From NCBI GenBank assembly GCA_963701285.1, contig OY969584.1, positions 2,263,709 through 2,327,708 on the forward strand: a DNA stretch of 64,000 bases, in the 5' to 3' direction. Of the stretch, positions 36,017 through 46,657 are shown in pieces. The notes below the pieces were generated by a model that made no database searches, had not been told where the DNA came from, and saw only the letters and a program-made list of their open reading frames with translations. Both the position numbers and the translations under genes were made by a program. Numbering within the stretch: the stretch's first letter is position 1; each line of letters opens with the position of its first letter. This stretch comes from an uncultured Chloroflexia bacterium (GTDB lineage: Bacteria; Chloroflexota; Dehalococcoidia; SM23-28-2).

Positions 36017-36466
36017 GTGGCCACGCGAGTGCACGCCCGGCCAGCGGTCAGGTTCCCCGAACGCGCTGCCCCGAGCGAGGGGCGGCAGCTCAGCTTGCCA
36101 GCCCTGGTGACCATCTGTGTGGTGGTCATCGGACTGGCCGGGCTGCTGCCCCTCATAGTTAGCAGCGAAACCACCAGGACCAGCAGCGATGTCCAGCAAC
36201 TGGAGCGTGCCTCCAACGACTGGCAGGCGCGTGTCCAGGAGCTCCAAGCCGACATCGCCTTCCTGGGCTCGCTGGATCGAATCGAGAAGGAGGCGCGCGA
36301 GCGCTTGGGTATGGTTCCCCCCACCGAGACCGTCTACGTCACCGTGGACGCGCCAGAGCCCGAGGCCCAACTCGTGCCCTCGCGCTTCCTCCCTGCCAAG
36401 AAGGAGCAACCGCGCCAGGAGGAGTCGTGGTGGGAATCCCTCTTGCACAAGCTTCCCCTTCCCTGA
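36017..36466 (+). CDS. ftsL: cell division protein FtsL-like
   Basis: GTG start 3 nt after the rsmH stop. A single TM helix (LVTICVVVIGLAGLLPLIV) is followed by a coiled coil (QQLERASNDWQARVQELQADIAFLGSLDRIEKEARERLGM). Confidence 0.65.
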   Translation: MATRVHARPAVRFPERAAPSEGRQLSLPALVTICVVVIGLAGLLPLIVSSETTRTSSDVQQLERASNDWQARVQELQADIAFLGSLDRIEKEARERLGMVPPTETVYVTVDAPEPEAQLVPSRFLPAKKEQPRQEESWWESLLHKLPLP

Positions 36467-36551
36467 TCCAGGCACCGGCCGGGGGAGGCCGCGCCAACGG
36501 GCGCAAGGTGAGTCCTAGAGGGGGCCTTTCGCCCCGGAAGGACGGCGGCCG

Positions 36552-38295
36552 GTGACCAAAGTGGGGAACGGCATCGCCCGACGCCTGGCCATCGTGGTGG
36601 CCGTGCTCCTGGTGGCCGCCCTCGGCCTCGTCGGTCGCCTGGCCGACCTCCAGTTGCGCAACCACCAGCATTACCTCCTGGCGGCTCAGCAGGAGCACGT
36701 CAGCCGCCTCGATATCGTGCCCCGCCGCGGCGCCATCCTCGACCGCAACGGCTACCCCCTGGCAGCCAGCGTCGACGCCTACGACGTGCTGGTAGACAAA
36801 CACATCTGGGGCGACGGGGACAGCGCCCGTCGCGCCGCCGAGAAGCTGGCAGACGTCCTCAACCGTCCCGCTGACGACATCCTCGCCGACCTGGACGCCT
36901 CCATCAGCCGCGAGGTGTCGGTGGCCCGCGACCTGGACTACCAAGCCAGCGTCTCCGTAGAGGACCTGGGCCTGCCCGGCGTCCGCCTCATGCGCTCCAG
37001 CCGCCGCGTCTACCCCGAGGGGAATGTGGCGCCGGCCCTGCTGGGCTTCACCGGGCGGGATAACGTCGGTCTGACCGGCCTGGAGGCGGACTACGACAGC
37101 CAGCTGGGCGGCGCCGCCGGCGCTCTGGTCTACGAGCGCGATGGCAGGGGCAACCCTATCCCTGTCGCCGGGGAGAAGCAGGTGGCGGCCGAGCCGGGCG
37201 CCGACGTCATCCTTACCATTGACCGCTACATGCAGCAACTGGCCGAACGGGAGCTGGACACCGCGATCAAGGATCACAAGGCCAGCGGCGGCACCATCAT
37301 CATCATGGACCCCCGCACCGGCGCCATACTGGCCATGGCCAGCCGCCCCTCCTTCGACATCACCCACCTCGACCTCGCGGACGAGGGACAGCTCGACCTC
37401 TATCGCAACCGCGCCATCACTGACCTCTACGAGCCGGGCTCGGTGTTCAAGCTCATCACCATGTCCGCCGCCCTGAACGAGGGCCTGGTCTCCCCCCAGA
37501 GCACCTACGTCGACGAGGGCGTCGCCCACGTCTCCGGCTGGACCATCACCAACTGGGACCTGGGCGCCCACGGCGTGCAGACGGCCACCCAGAATCCTCA
37601 CCAAGAGCCTGAATACCGGCGCCGTCTGGCTGAGCCAGCTGCTGGGGCCAGACGGCTTCTACGACTATGTGAAGCGCTTCGGCTTCGGCCAGGCCACCGG
37701 CGTCGGCCTCTCCGGCGAGGCGGCGGGCCAAGTGCGCACCTCCGCCGACGAAGGCTGGTCCGAGGTGGACATGGCCACCAACAGCTTCGGCCAGGGCATA
37801 AACGTCACCCCCCTGCAGATCGTCACCGCCGTCTCGGCCATCGCCAACGGCGGCCGCCTCATGCGGCCCTACCTGGTACAGGAGATCCGCCAGGGCGACC
37901 ACAGTCAGGTGACCCAGCCGGTGGTAGTGCGTCAGGTGATCACGCCGGAAACAGCCAAGACCGTCACCACCATGATGAACGCGGTGGTGGACGGCATCAC
38001 CTCTATCTATGCCATTTCCGTTCCTGGTTATCGAGTGGCGGGTAAGACGGGCACGGCCTCCATCTCCGTCCCGGGCGGCTACAAGCCAGACTCCTACATT
38101 GCCTCCTTCGCCGGCTTCGTCCCCAGCGACGACCCGGTCCTCGCCATGCTCGTCAAGATCGACGAACCCAAGGACGTACCTTGGGGCTCCGCGGTGTGCG
38201 CGCCCGTCTTTGCCCGCCTGGCCTCATCCATCCTTTCTTATCTAAAGGTACAGCCCGAGGCACCGGCACTGGTGCAGGGAAACCCTTCGCAGTAA
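36552..38295 (+). CDS. ftsI: penicillin-binding protein (FtsI-type transpeptidase), reading frame interrupted by a 1-nt indel near 37591
   Basis: ORF 36552-38045 carries the N-terminal dimerisation domain and the transpeptidase SxxK region (YEPGSVFKLITMSAAL). ORF 37669-38295, in the +1 frame, carries ...KRFGFGQATGVGL...SFGQGINVTPLQ...KTGT. One extra A in cagAatcctc restores ...GVQTATQILTKSLNTGAVWLSQLLGPDGFYDYVKRFGFG. Confidence 0.85.
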
Positions 38296-38304
38296 GATCG
38301 GGCC

Positions 38305-39672
38305 ATGCTGGGGATGCAAGACATAACCAGCGGCCTCGGCCCGATGGTCTTGGCCGTCGGCGGCCCCCGGCAGGGTCGACCCTTCGCCCACGTCACCATC
38401 GACTCCCGCCAGGTCCAGCCTGACGACCTGTTTGTTGCCCTGCCCGGCGAAAGGCGCAACGGCCACGACTTTATCGCCGATGCGGTGGCCAGGGGCGCCA
38501 CCGGCGTCGTTGCGCAGCAGTTCCCCGGTTCCCTTTCGCCGGAGGTGACCGTCTTCCAGGTACACGATAGCCTGGCGGCCCTGCAGGCGCTGGCCGGCTA
38601 CTGGCGCGCCAAGCACGACGTGAAGGTCATCGGCATCACCGGCAGCATCGGCAAGACCACCTGCAAGGAACTCACCGCCGCGGTCCTCGCTCGGGCCTAC
38701 GCCGTTCTCAAGAGCGAGGCGAACCTGAACACGGAGATCGGCCTCCCCCTCACCCTCCTAGAGCTGCGCCCCGACCATCAGCGCGCCGTCCTGGAGATGG
38801 GCATGTACGGCCCGGGCGAGATCCGAGCCCTCTGCCAGATCGCCCGGCCGCAGATGGGGGTAGTGACCAACGTGGGCCCCGTCCACATGGAGCGGCTCGG
38901 CAGCCTTGAGGCCATCGCCGCCGCCAAGGCCGAACTGGTGGAGAGCCTGCCACCCGACGGCACCGCCTTCCTCAACGGCGACGATTCTCTGGTTGCGGCT
39001 ATGGCCGAGCGCACGGCCGCCCGCGTCATTTGCTTCGGCACCTCTTCGGAGTGCCACGTGCGGGGCACCGTCCTGGCCAGCGCCGGCCTCCAGGGCATCA
39101 CCCTGCGCCTGGCCTGCGGCGACGAAAGCGTCGACGTAGACGCGTTTCTTCCTGGCCGCCACAACCTGTACAACGCCCTCGCCGCCGCCGCCGTGGGGCT
39201 GGCCGATGGCCTTTCCCTTCAGCAGGTGACCGAGGCCCTGGCGACGGCCAAGGTGCCCCTCCGGCTGCGCACGCTGCCTGGGCCTCGGGGCAGCACCATC
39301 ATTGACGACAGCTACAACGCCAGCCCGGCTTCCATGCTGGCCGCCCTCGACCTGCTGGCGGAGCTCCCCGGCCGCCACCTGGCCCTGCTGGGCGACATGC
39401 TGGAGTTGGGCGCCTTCGAGGCGGAGGGACACCGTCTCGTCGGCCAGCGGGCCGCTCACGTCCTCGACTCCCTGTACGTCCTGGGCGAGCGCGGCCGACT
39501 CATCGGCGAGGCAGCAGCCCAGGAGGCGGGCCACCCTGAGGTGCGCTTCCTGGAGTCAAAAGAGGAGGCGGCATCGGTCTTGCGCAACGTCCTCGGCCGG
39601 GGCGACCACTTGCTGATCAAGGCCTCCCGCGCCCTGGCCCTGGAGACGGTCGTCGAGGAACTGACGGCCTGA
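38305..39672 (+). CDS. murF: UDP-N-acetylmuramoyl-tripeptide--D-alanyl-D-alanine ligase
   Basis: GITGSIGKTTCKEL Mur-ligase P-loop with MurF-type N- and C-terminal domains. It directly follows ftsI; no murE lies between them. Confidence 0.85.
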   Translation: MLGMQDITSGLGPMVLAVGGPRQGRPFAHVTIDSRQVQPDDLFVALPGERRNGHDFIADAVARGATGVVAQQFPGSLSPEVTVFQVHDSLAALQALAGYWRAKHDVKVIGITGSIGKTTCKELTAAVLARAYAVLKSEANLNTEIGLPLTLLELRPDHQRAVLEMGMYGPGEIRALCQIARPQMGVVTNVGPVHMERLGSLEAIAAAKAELVESLPPDGTAFLNGDDSLVAAMAERTAARVICFGTSSECHVRGTVLASAGLQGITLRLACGDESVDVDAFLPGRHNLYNALAAAAVGLADGLSLQQVTEALATAKVPLRLRTLPGPRGSTIIDDSYNASPASMLAALDLLAELPGRHLALLGDMLELGAFEAEGHRLVGQRAAHVLDSLYVLGERGRLIGEAAAQEAGHPEVRFLESKEEAASVLRNVLGRGDHLLIKASRALALETVVEELTA

Positions 39673-39673
39673 G

Positions 39674-40636
39674 ATGATCCACGCGCTGGTACTGGGAATG
39701 ATAGCGTTCGCGATTTCCCTGACGGCCGGAGAGCCCCTGGTGAGATTCCTTCGCCGCCGCGGTCTGGGCAAGGAGATCAACGTTGACGGCCCCGCTTCCC
39801 ACCAGGTGAAGGCAGGCACTCCGACGATGGGCGGCGTCCTCATCTTCGCCACCGTCTTGCCCATCACCCTGGCCGCCAACATCGTCGACCGGCTGTCCAT
39901 CCTTCTGCCCTTGGGCACCATCGTCGCCGCCGGCCTTCTTGGCCTGTCAGACGACCTGCGCACCATCGTCGGCCGCGGGCGCGGCACCGGCATCCAGCGG
40001 CGCCTCAAGGGCGTGCTCCTGGCCGCGCTGGGCCTGACCGCCGCCTTCATCCTCTACTTCGCAGTGGACACCCACGACGTGCTCATCCCCTGGGCCGGCC
40101 AGTTCGACCTGGGTCCCGTTTACATCCCCCTGGCGGCAACCGTCATCATGCTTGCCGCTGGCGGCGTCGCCCTCACCGACGGCCTGGATGGTTTAGCCGC
40201 CGGCACGACCGCCCTGGCCTTCCTCGCCTACGGCGTCATCGCCCTGCTCCAGGAGCAGATCTACCTGGCCACCTTCTGCTTCACAGTCGTCGGCGCCACC
40301 GGCGGCTTCCTCTGGTACAACAGCTATCCTGCCCGCGTGTTCATGGGCGATACCGGCGCCCTGGCCCTGGGCTCTTCCCTGGCGGTGGTCGCCCTCATGA
40401 CCAGCCAGTGGCTCATCCTGCCCATCATCGGCATCGTGTTCGTGCTGGAAGCGTTCTCTGACATGATCCAGATCGCCTACTTCCGCCTCACCGGCGGCCG
40501 GCGGGTATTCAAGATGAGCCCCCTGCACCACCACTTCGAGCTCCTGGGCTGGTCCGAGCCGCAGGTGACGATGCGTTTCTGTCTGCTGGGCATGGTTGGC
40601 GCCCTTCTGGGCATCACCCTGGCGGCGCAGGTTTGA
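39674..40636 (+). CDS. mraY: phospho-N-acetylmuramoyl-pentapeptide-transferase
   Basis: 10-TM protein with the MraY motifs PTMGGVLIF, DDLRT and FMGDTGALALG. Confidence 0.9.
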   Translation: MIHALVLGMIAFAISLTAGEPLVRFLRRRGLGKEINVDGPASHQVKAGTPTMGGVLIFATVLPITLAANIVDRLSILLPLGTIVAAGLLGLSDDLRTIVGRGRGTGIQRRLKGVLLAALGLTAAFILYFAVDTHDVLIPWAGQFDLGPVYIPLAATVIMLAAGGVALTDGLDGLAAGTTALAFLAYGVIALLQEQIYLATFCFTVVGATGGFLWYNSYPARVFMGDTGALALGSSLAVVALMTSQWLILPIIGIVFVLEAFSDMIQIAYFRLTGGRRVFKMSPLHHHFELLGWSEPQVTMRFCLLGMVGALLGITLAAQV

Positions 40637-40637
40637 G

Positions 40638-42059
40638 ATGAAACTGGTGACAAACGACGAGCAATTTCGCGGCAAGCGGGTGACCGTCGTCGGCCTCGGC
40701 CTGGAGGGGATCGACCTGGTGCACTTCCTCCACAATCGCGGCGCCCGCATCACCGTGAGCGACGCCAAACCGGCCGAGAGACTGGCCGCCCCCCTGGAGC
40801 AGATCGCCGGCATCCCGGCGCATCTCTCCCTTGGCGCCAACGACCCCGAGGACATCGCCTCTGCCGACATGGTCTTCGTGTCGCAGAGCGTGCCCCTGGA
40901 CCTGCCGGCGCTGGTCCAGGCGCGAGAGCGCGGCGTGCCCATCAGCTCGATGTTCAAACTCTTCGTGGAGCTCTGTCCGGGGCCGGTCGTCGCTATCACC
41001 GGCAGCAGCGGCAAGTCCACCACCACCAGCCTGGCCGGCGAGATGTTCCGCCACGACGGCAAGCCCTGCTTCGTGGGCGGCAACATCGGCGTCGGGCTCC
41101 TGGCCCACTTGAACGAGATCACGGCCGACACCTGGGTCATCCTCGAGGTGAGCCATACCCAGCTTCAGCTCCCCCCGCAACGCAGCGCCCACGTGGCCTG
41201 CGTCCTGAACATCACCCCAAACCACCTGGACCGCTTCACCTGGGACGAATACTGGCGCCTCAAGGCCAGCATTCTCCGCGGCCAGACGGCCGATGACTAC
41301 GCTGTCCTCGGCTACGACGACCCCGTGGCCAGTGCCCTGGCCGGTCTGTCTGACAGCCAGGTGGTCTACTTCAGCCTCCGCCGCGATATCCCCGGCGACG
41401 GCGGCTTCCTGCGCGACGGCTGGATCGTCTTCCGCTGGCGTGGCCGCCAGCAGCGCCTCTTTCCCGTGGATGCCCTCCATCTGCGCGGCCGCCACAACTG
41501 GGCCAACGCCGCTGCCGCCGCCGTGCTGGCCCGCCTGGGCGGCGTGAGCGCGGCGGCCATCGGCCAGGCGGTCCGTGATTTCGAAGGGGTGCCTCACCGC
41601 CTGGAGCTGGTGGCCCGCGCCAATGACGTCGACTACTACAACGACAGCATCGCTACCACACCCCAGCGCACCCTGGCGGCGTTGCGGTCCTTCGGCCAGC
41701 CGCTGGTGCTCCTGCTGGGCGGCCGCGAAAAACACCTGCCGCTCGACGAGCTGGCCCGCGAAGCCTGCCGCCGCTGCCGCGCCGTCGTCTTCTTCGGCGA
41801 GGCGGGCCAGCTCCTGGAGGATGCCCTTCAGAGCGCCGCCGCCACTCACCCGCCCGACCAGCGGCCCGGGTTGGTGCGGGTGCCCGGCCTGGCCGAAGCC
41901 ATGGAGGAAGCCTACGCCCTGGCCCGCCCCGGCGACGCTGTCCTCCTTTCGCCCGCTTGCACCAGCTTCGACGCCTACGAAAACTTCGAGGAGCGCGGGG
42001 CCCACTTCCGCCGCCTGGTCCTCGCGCTCGTCCAGGAGGTGCACTCATCGCCACGCTAG
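40638..42059 (+). CDS. murD: UDP-N-acetylmuramoylalanine--D-glutamate ligase
   Basis: The ATG at 40638 gives MKLVTNDEQFRGKRVTVVGLGLEG (Rossmann) followed by ITGSSGKSTTTSL (P-loop). The track ORF starts upstream at 40596. Confidence 0.9.
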   Translation: MKLVTNDEQFRGKRVTVVGLGLEGIDLVHFLHNRGARITVSDAKPAERLAAPLEQIAGIPAHLSLGANDPEDIASADMVFVSQSVPLDLPALVQARERGVPISSMFKLFVELCPGPVVAITGSSGKSTTTSLAGEMFRHDGKPCFVGGNIGVGLLAHLNEITADTWVILEVSHTQLQLPPQRSAHVACVLNITPNHLDRFTWDEYWRLKASILRGQTADDYAVLGYDDPVASALAGLSDSQVVYFSLRRDIPGDGGFLRDGWIVFRWRGRQQRLFPVDALHLRGRHNWANAAAAAVLARLGGVSAAAIGQAVRDFEGVPHRLELVARANDVDYYNDSIATTPQRTLAALRSFGQPLVLLLGGREKHLPLDELAREACRRCRAVVFFGEAGQLLEDALQSAAATHPPDQRPGLVRVPGLAEAMEEAYALARPGDAVLLSPACTSFDAYENFEERGAHFRRLVLALVQEVHSSPR

Positions 42060-43249
42060 AGACGGCCTACTCCCAGCGCGAAGCCGGCCGCCTGCGGCCC
42101 GGCTCCCCCGACTTCGCCCTCATCCTGGTTGCCGCCATGCTTCTGGTGGTAGGCCTCCTGGTCGTGTACAGCGCCAGCTTCGCCGTGGGCGAGCTGGAAT
42201 ACGGCGACACCAACTACTTCATCTTCCGCCAGGCCGGCGCGGCGGTGCTGGGCCTGGCTCTCCTTTGGTTCTTCATGCGCCTGGACTACCACTTCCTGCG
42301 CACCGCCAGCCTTCTGATGATGTTCCTGGCCCTGGTGGGCCTGCTCGCCGTCCTGGTGCCGGGCATCGGCCTGGAGCGGAACGGGGCTCACCGCTGGCTA
42401 AGCCTGGGCCCGCTGCCGCCCCTCCAGCCGTCGGAGTTCGCCAAGCTCGCCATCATCGTCTACATCGCCGCCTGGCTGTCCAGCCGCCGCGACAACATCA
42501 AGCACTTCTCCATGGGCTTCCTTCCCTTCACCCTGATGGTCGGCCTGGTGGCCAGCCTGGTGCTCCTGGAGCCCGATATGGGCACCACCCTGATCATCGT
42601 TCTTACCACCTGTACTCTCTTCTTCGTGGCCGGCGCCCCGCTGAGCCACCTGGGGCTCCTGATCCTGGGGGGAAGCTTCATTAGCTGGAGTCTCATCAAC
42701 ATCACCCACTACCAGGCCGACCGCATCGTCTCCTTTCTTTCGCCGACGCAGGACCCCGAGGGCCTGGGCTACCACATCATCCAGCTCCTTATCGCCCTCG
42801 GCAGCGGCGGCCCGACCGGCCTGGGCTGGGGCGAGAGCCGCCAGAAGTTCTTCTACGTCCCCGGCTCCCACACCGACGGCGTCTTCGCCATCCTCGGCGA
42901 GGAACTGGGCTTCGTGGGAGCGGTAGCCGTCATCGCCCTGTTCGCCTTCCTCGTCTACCGCGGCATCAGGACGGCCCTCAACGCCCGCGATCACTTCGGC
43001 GCCTACCTGGCGGTAGGCATCCTCTCCTGGATCGCCTATCAGACCCTGATCAACATCGGCGGCATCACCCGCTCCATACCCATGACCGGCATCCCGCTGC
43101 CCTTTGTTAGCTACGGCGGCTCGGCCCTCGTGGCCACCCTGGCCGGCGTCGGCATACTGCTGAGTGTATCCCGCTTCAGCCGCAGCGATGGCTATCTGGA
43201 GCGCGAAACGCCGCGCCCCCGCTTCCGCTTTCGCAGGGTGACACGATGA
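41957..43249 (+). CDS. ftsW: peptidoglycan glycosyltransferase FtsW (SEDS family); start uncertain
   Basis: SEDS motifs are present (LVVYSASFAV..., PSEFAKLAIIVYIAAWL, GLGWGESRQKFFYVPGSHTDGVFAILGEELGFVG). The first in-frame ATG is at 41957 and overlaps murD by about 100 nt. No canonical start codon lies just after the murD stop. Confidence 0.8.
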   Translation: MHQLRRLRKLRGARGPLPPPGPRARPGGALIATLETAYSQREAGRLRPGSPDFALILVAAMLLVVGLLVVYSASFAVGELEYGDTNYFIFRQAGAAVLGLALLWFFMRLDYHFLRTASLLMMFLALVGLLAVLVPGIGLERNGAHRWLSLGPLPPLQPSEFAKLAIIVYIAAWLSSRRDNIKHFSMGFLPFTLMVGLVASLVLLEPDMGTTLIIVLTTCTLFFVAGAPLSHLGLLILGGSFISWSLINITHYQADRIVSFLSPTQDPEGLGYHIIQLLIALGSGGPTGLGWGESRQKFFYVPGSHTDGVFAILGEELGFVGAVAVIALFAFLVYRGIRTALNARDHFGAYLAVGILSWIAYQTLINIGGITRSIPMTGIPLPFVSYGGSALVATLAGVGILLSVSRFSRSDGYLERETPRPRFRFRRVTR

Positions 43250-44340
43250 AGGTTGTCTTCGCTGGCGGCGGCACCGGCGGCCATGTATACCCCGCTTTGG
43301 CGGTGGCCGGTGCCCTGTCCCAAGAGCTCGGCGACGACCTCGACGCGCTGTACATCGGCGGCACGGCCGGCCTCGAGCGCGAGTTGGTCACGCGGGCCGG
43401 CTTCCCCTTCCGCGCCGTCGCCGCCGAGGGCGTTCGCGGCCGCTCCCCCTGGGGCTTCGCCGCCGGCCTCGCCAAGCTCGCCCAGGGCACGGTCGAGGCC
43501 CGCACCATCCTGCGTCGCTTCCAGCCCCAGGCGATCCTCACCACCGGCGGCTATGCCAGCGTCCCCGTGGCCGTGGCGGCCCGCAGCCTCGACCGTGTAC
43601 CGCTGGTCGTCTTCCTCCCCGACGTCCGGCCGGGCTGGGCAGTGCGCTTCATGGCACGCCTCGCCCGACGCGTCGCCGTCAGCAGTCCGCTTTCACTACC
43701 CTCTCTCCCAGCGGGCAAGACCGCCGTCACCGGCTACCCCGTGCGCTCCGCCTTCTGGCAGGCCACCAAGGCCGAGGCCCGCCACCGCCTCACCACCCCC
43801 GATGAGGAGCGCATCCTCTTCGTCGCCGGCGCCACCCTCGGCGCTCGCACTCTCAACCAAGCCGTCGCTGCGCACCTCTCCCAGGTTCTGGAATTATGTC
43901 AACTCATCCACATCAGCGGCCGCGCCGACTACCCCCGGCTCCAACGCCTCCATCAGGACCTCCCCGAACGGCTGCGGCAGCGCTACCACCTCCACCCCTA
44001 CCTGTACGAAGACCTGCCCTGGGCCATGGCTGCCGCCGACCTGGCCGTCATGCGCTCCGGCGCCTCGGTGATGGGCGAGCTGCCGGCGCTGGGCCTGCCC
44101 GCCGTCCTGGTGCCCTACCCCTACGCCGGCGGCCACCAGCGCTTCAACGCCCGGTACCTGGCCGACGCCGGCGCCGCTATAGTGGTCGAAGACAACAAGC
44201 TTAACGGCTTCCTCCCCCTTGTCGGCGAGCTCCTGGCCGACGAGGAGCGCCGCGCGGCCATGGCCGAAGCCACCCGCCGCCTGGCCCAACCCAATGCCGC
44301 TCGCGACATCGCCCGCATCCTCTTGGAGGTGGCGCGATGA
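43246..44340 (+). CDS. murG: undecaprenyldiphospho-muramoylpentapeptide beta-N-acetylglucosaminyltransferase
   Basis: MKVVFAGGGTGGHVYPALAVA glycosyltransferase-28 N-terminus with a C-terminal UDP-GlcNAc binding region. Confidence 0.9.
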   Translation: MKVVFAGGGTGGHVYPALAVAGALSQELGDDLDALYIGGTAGLERELVTRAGFPFRAVAAEGVRGRSPWGFAAGLAKLAQGTVEARTILRRFQPQAILTTGGYASVPVAVAARSLDRVPLVVFLPDVRPGWAVRFMARLARRVAVSSPLSLPSLPAGKTAVTGYPVRSAFWQATKAEARHRLTTPDEERILFVAGATLGARTLNQAVAAHLSQVLELCQLIHISGRADYPRLQRLHQDLPERLRQRYHLHPYLYEDLPWAMAAADLAVMRSGASVMGELPALGLPAVLVPYPYAGGHQRFNARYLADAGAAIVVEDNKLNGFLPLVGELLADEERRAAMAEATRRLAQPNAARDIARILLEVAR

Positions 44341-45749
44341 GCGATGCCGCTATCCCGCGTCGCGTTCACCTGGTGGGCATCGGCGGCGTCCACATGTCCG
44401 CCATCGCCCGCATCCTCCTGGCCTGGGGCCACCAGGTCTCGGGCTGCGACCTTCGGCTCTCACCCCTCACCGACCGCCTGCGCGAGCTGGGCGCCGTCGT
44501 CCACCAGGGACACGATCCCGCCCACCTGGGCGACGCGGAGCTGGTGGTGTACACTGCCGCGGCCCACGCCGACAACCCGGAGTTGGCCGAGGCCCGCCGT
44601 CGCGGCCTGCCCGTCCTCCTGCGGGCGGAGATGGTAGCCCGTCTGATGGCCGGCCGCCGCGCCATCGCCGTGGCCGGCTGCCATGGCAAGACCAGCACCA
44701 CCGCTCTCATCGCCTTCATCCTCCATGAGGCCGGCCGCGACCCGACGTTCCTGGTCGGGGGCGAGGTGCTCGACCTGGCCACCAACGCCCAGGCCGGTCG
44801 TGGCCCAGAGATCGTGGTGGAGGCCGACGAGTTCGCCGGCGCCTTCCTCCACTACCACCCTCAGATCGCCGTGGTCACCAACATCGAGCCCGACCACCTG
44901 GACTACTACGGCAGCTTCCCTCGCGTGGTGGCTGCCTTCCGCCAGTTCCTGTCGCAGGTGCCTCCCGAGGGCACCATCGTGGCCTGCGACGACGACCCCA
45001 CCCTTGCCGAGATGCTCTCGCATCCCCAGCAGCACCCGCCCATCCGGGCGCGCGTTGTGAAATACGGCCTCGGCGAGGATTCAGAAATTTCCGTCGAAAA
45101 TCTTTTGAGAAAGGATGTAGACGGGTATACTTTTCTGCTAGAATACGGCGGAGAGTCCCATGGGGCTTTCGAGACCCGTCTGGCGGGGATCCATCAGGTG
45201 AGGAACGCCCTGGCCGCTGTTGCCGTCGCCAGCGTGTTGGGTTTGCCGGAGGGGGCCATGCGCGATGCCGTCGCCCGCTTTCGCGGCGTCCAGCGCCGCT
45301 TCCAACACATCGCCGACGCCGCCGGCGTAACCATCATGGACGACTACGCCCACCATCCCACCGAGGTCCGCGCCACCATCGCCGCCGCCGTCCAGCGCTT
45401 CCCCGGCCGACGCCTGGTATGCCTCTTCCAGCCTCACACCTACACCCGCACCCGCTACCTGCTGGACGGCTTCCGCGCCTGCTTCCAGGGGGTGGACGAA
45501 CTGCTCATCGCCGAGACCTACGCCGCCCGCGAGGAGCCGACCGCCGGCATGAGCGCCCGCGAGCTGGCTGCTTTGCTCCAGAACCCGCCTGCCCGCTACG
45601 TCGGCAGCCTGAACGAGGCAGCGGGGGCGGTGCTAGCGGTCCTGCAGCCGGGCGATGTCTTTTTCACCATCGGCGCCGGCGACGTGGACGAGGTGGGTCC
45701 CAAGGTGCTGGAAGGGCTGAGGCAGGGACAATGGACGAAGAGTTCCTGA
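44337..45749 (+). CDS. murC: UDP-N-acetylmuramate--L-alanine ligase
   Basis: VHLVGIGGVHMSAIARIL Rossmann N-terminus and VAGCHGKTSTTALIAFIL P-loop. Confidence 0.9.
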   Translation: MSDAAIPRRVHLVGIGGVHMSAIARILLAWGHQVSGCDLRLSPLTDRLRELGAVVHQGHDPAHLGDAELVVYTAAAHADNPELAEARRRGLPVLLRAEMVARLMAGRRAIAVAGCHGKTSTTALIAFILHEAGRDPTFLVGGEVLDLATNAQAGRGPEIVVEADEFAGAFLHYHPQIAVVTNIEPDHLDYYGSFPRVVAAFRQFLSQVPPEGTIVACDDDPTLAEMLSHPQQHPPIRARVVKYGLGEDSEISVENLLRKDVDGYTFLLEYGGESHGAFETRLAGIHQVRNALAAVAVASVLGLPEGAMRDAVARFRGVQRRFQHIADAAGVTIMDDYAHHPTEVRATIAAAVQRFPGRRLVCLFQPHTYTRTRYLLDGFRACFQGVDELLIAETYAAREEPTAGMSARELAALLQNPPARYVGSLNEAAGAVLAVLQPGDVFFTIGAGDVDEVGPKVLEGLRQGQWTKSS

Positions 45750-46657
45750 CCGAGCTGCGCGCCCTGGCGCTCCTTCGCCTGGATGAGCCGATGGCCCGCC
45801 ACACCACCTTCGGCATCGGCGGGGCCGCCGACTGCTACGCCGCTGCTGCCAGCGAAGGCGAGCTGCTGGCGCTGACGGACGTCGCCCGTCGCCACGGCGT
45901 CCCCTTCTTCGTTCTGGGCTCCGGCAGCAACATCCTGGTGGGGGATGGCGGCATCCGCGGTCTCGTCATCGAGAACCGCTGCGCCAACTGCCAGGAGCCC
46001 GTCCCCCAGGCCAACGGCGCCCTCTTGCTGCGTGCCGCCTCCGGCGCCAGCCTTGCCGCCCTGTCCCGCCGGCTCGCCCAGGCTGGCCTGGCCGGACTCG
46101 AGTGGGCCTGCGGCATCCCAGGCACCCTGGGCGGCGCCGTCGTCTACAACGCCGGCGCCTACGGCGGCTGCCTGGCCGACGTGCTGCTCAGCGTGCGGGT
46201 AGCTAACGGCAGCGCCCCGGCGGAGGTGGCCGCGTCGGAGCTGGCCCTGGGCTATCGCGGCAGCGCCTTCACCCGCGGCGTTCTTGCCGGCAAGCTCGTC
46301 CTCTCTGTCGATCTGCTCCTGCAACAGGGCGACGCCAGCGACCTGAACCGCCGCATCGCCGACCTGGACGCCCGCCGACTGGCTGCCCAGCCCCGCGGGC
46401 GCAACGCCGGCTCCATCTTCAAGAACACGCCCGAGCACCCCGCCTGGTGGCTGATCGACCAGGTGGGGCTGCGCGGCCATGGCATCGGCGACGCCCAGAT
46501 CTCGGAGCGCCACGCCAACTTCTTCGTCAACCGCGGCCGCGCCCGCGCCGCCGACGTCGTCGCGCTGATGGAGTTGGCCCAACAGCGGATCCAGGAGCGC
46601 TTCGGCCTCCGCCTTGAGGCGGAGGTGGCGCTGGTGGGGGAGGGCTTCCGTGGCTAG
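45731..46657 (+). CDS. murB: UDP-N-acetylenolpyruvoylglucosamine reductase
   Basis: The ATG at 45731 gives MDEEFLTELR... with an FAD-binding domain (TTFGIGGAADCYAAA, FFVLGSGSNILV). The track ORF is extended upstream. Confidence 0.85.
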   Translation: MDEEFLTELRALALLRLDEPMARHTTFGIGGAADCYAAAASEGELLALTDVARRHGVPFFVLGSGSNILVGDGGIRGLVIENRCANCQEPVPQANGALLLRAASGASLAALSRRLAQAGLAGLEWACGIPGTLGGAVVYNAGAYGGCLADVLLSVRVANGSAPAEVAASELALGYRGSAFTRGVLAGKLVLSVDLLLQQGDASDLNRRIADLDARRLAAQPRGRNAGSIFKNTPEHPAWWLIDQVGLRGHGIGDAQISERHANFFVNRGRARAADVVALMELAQQRIQERFGLRLEAEVALVGEGFRG

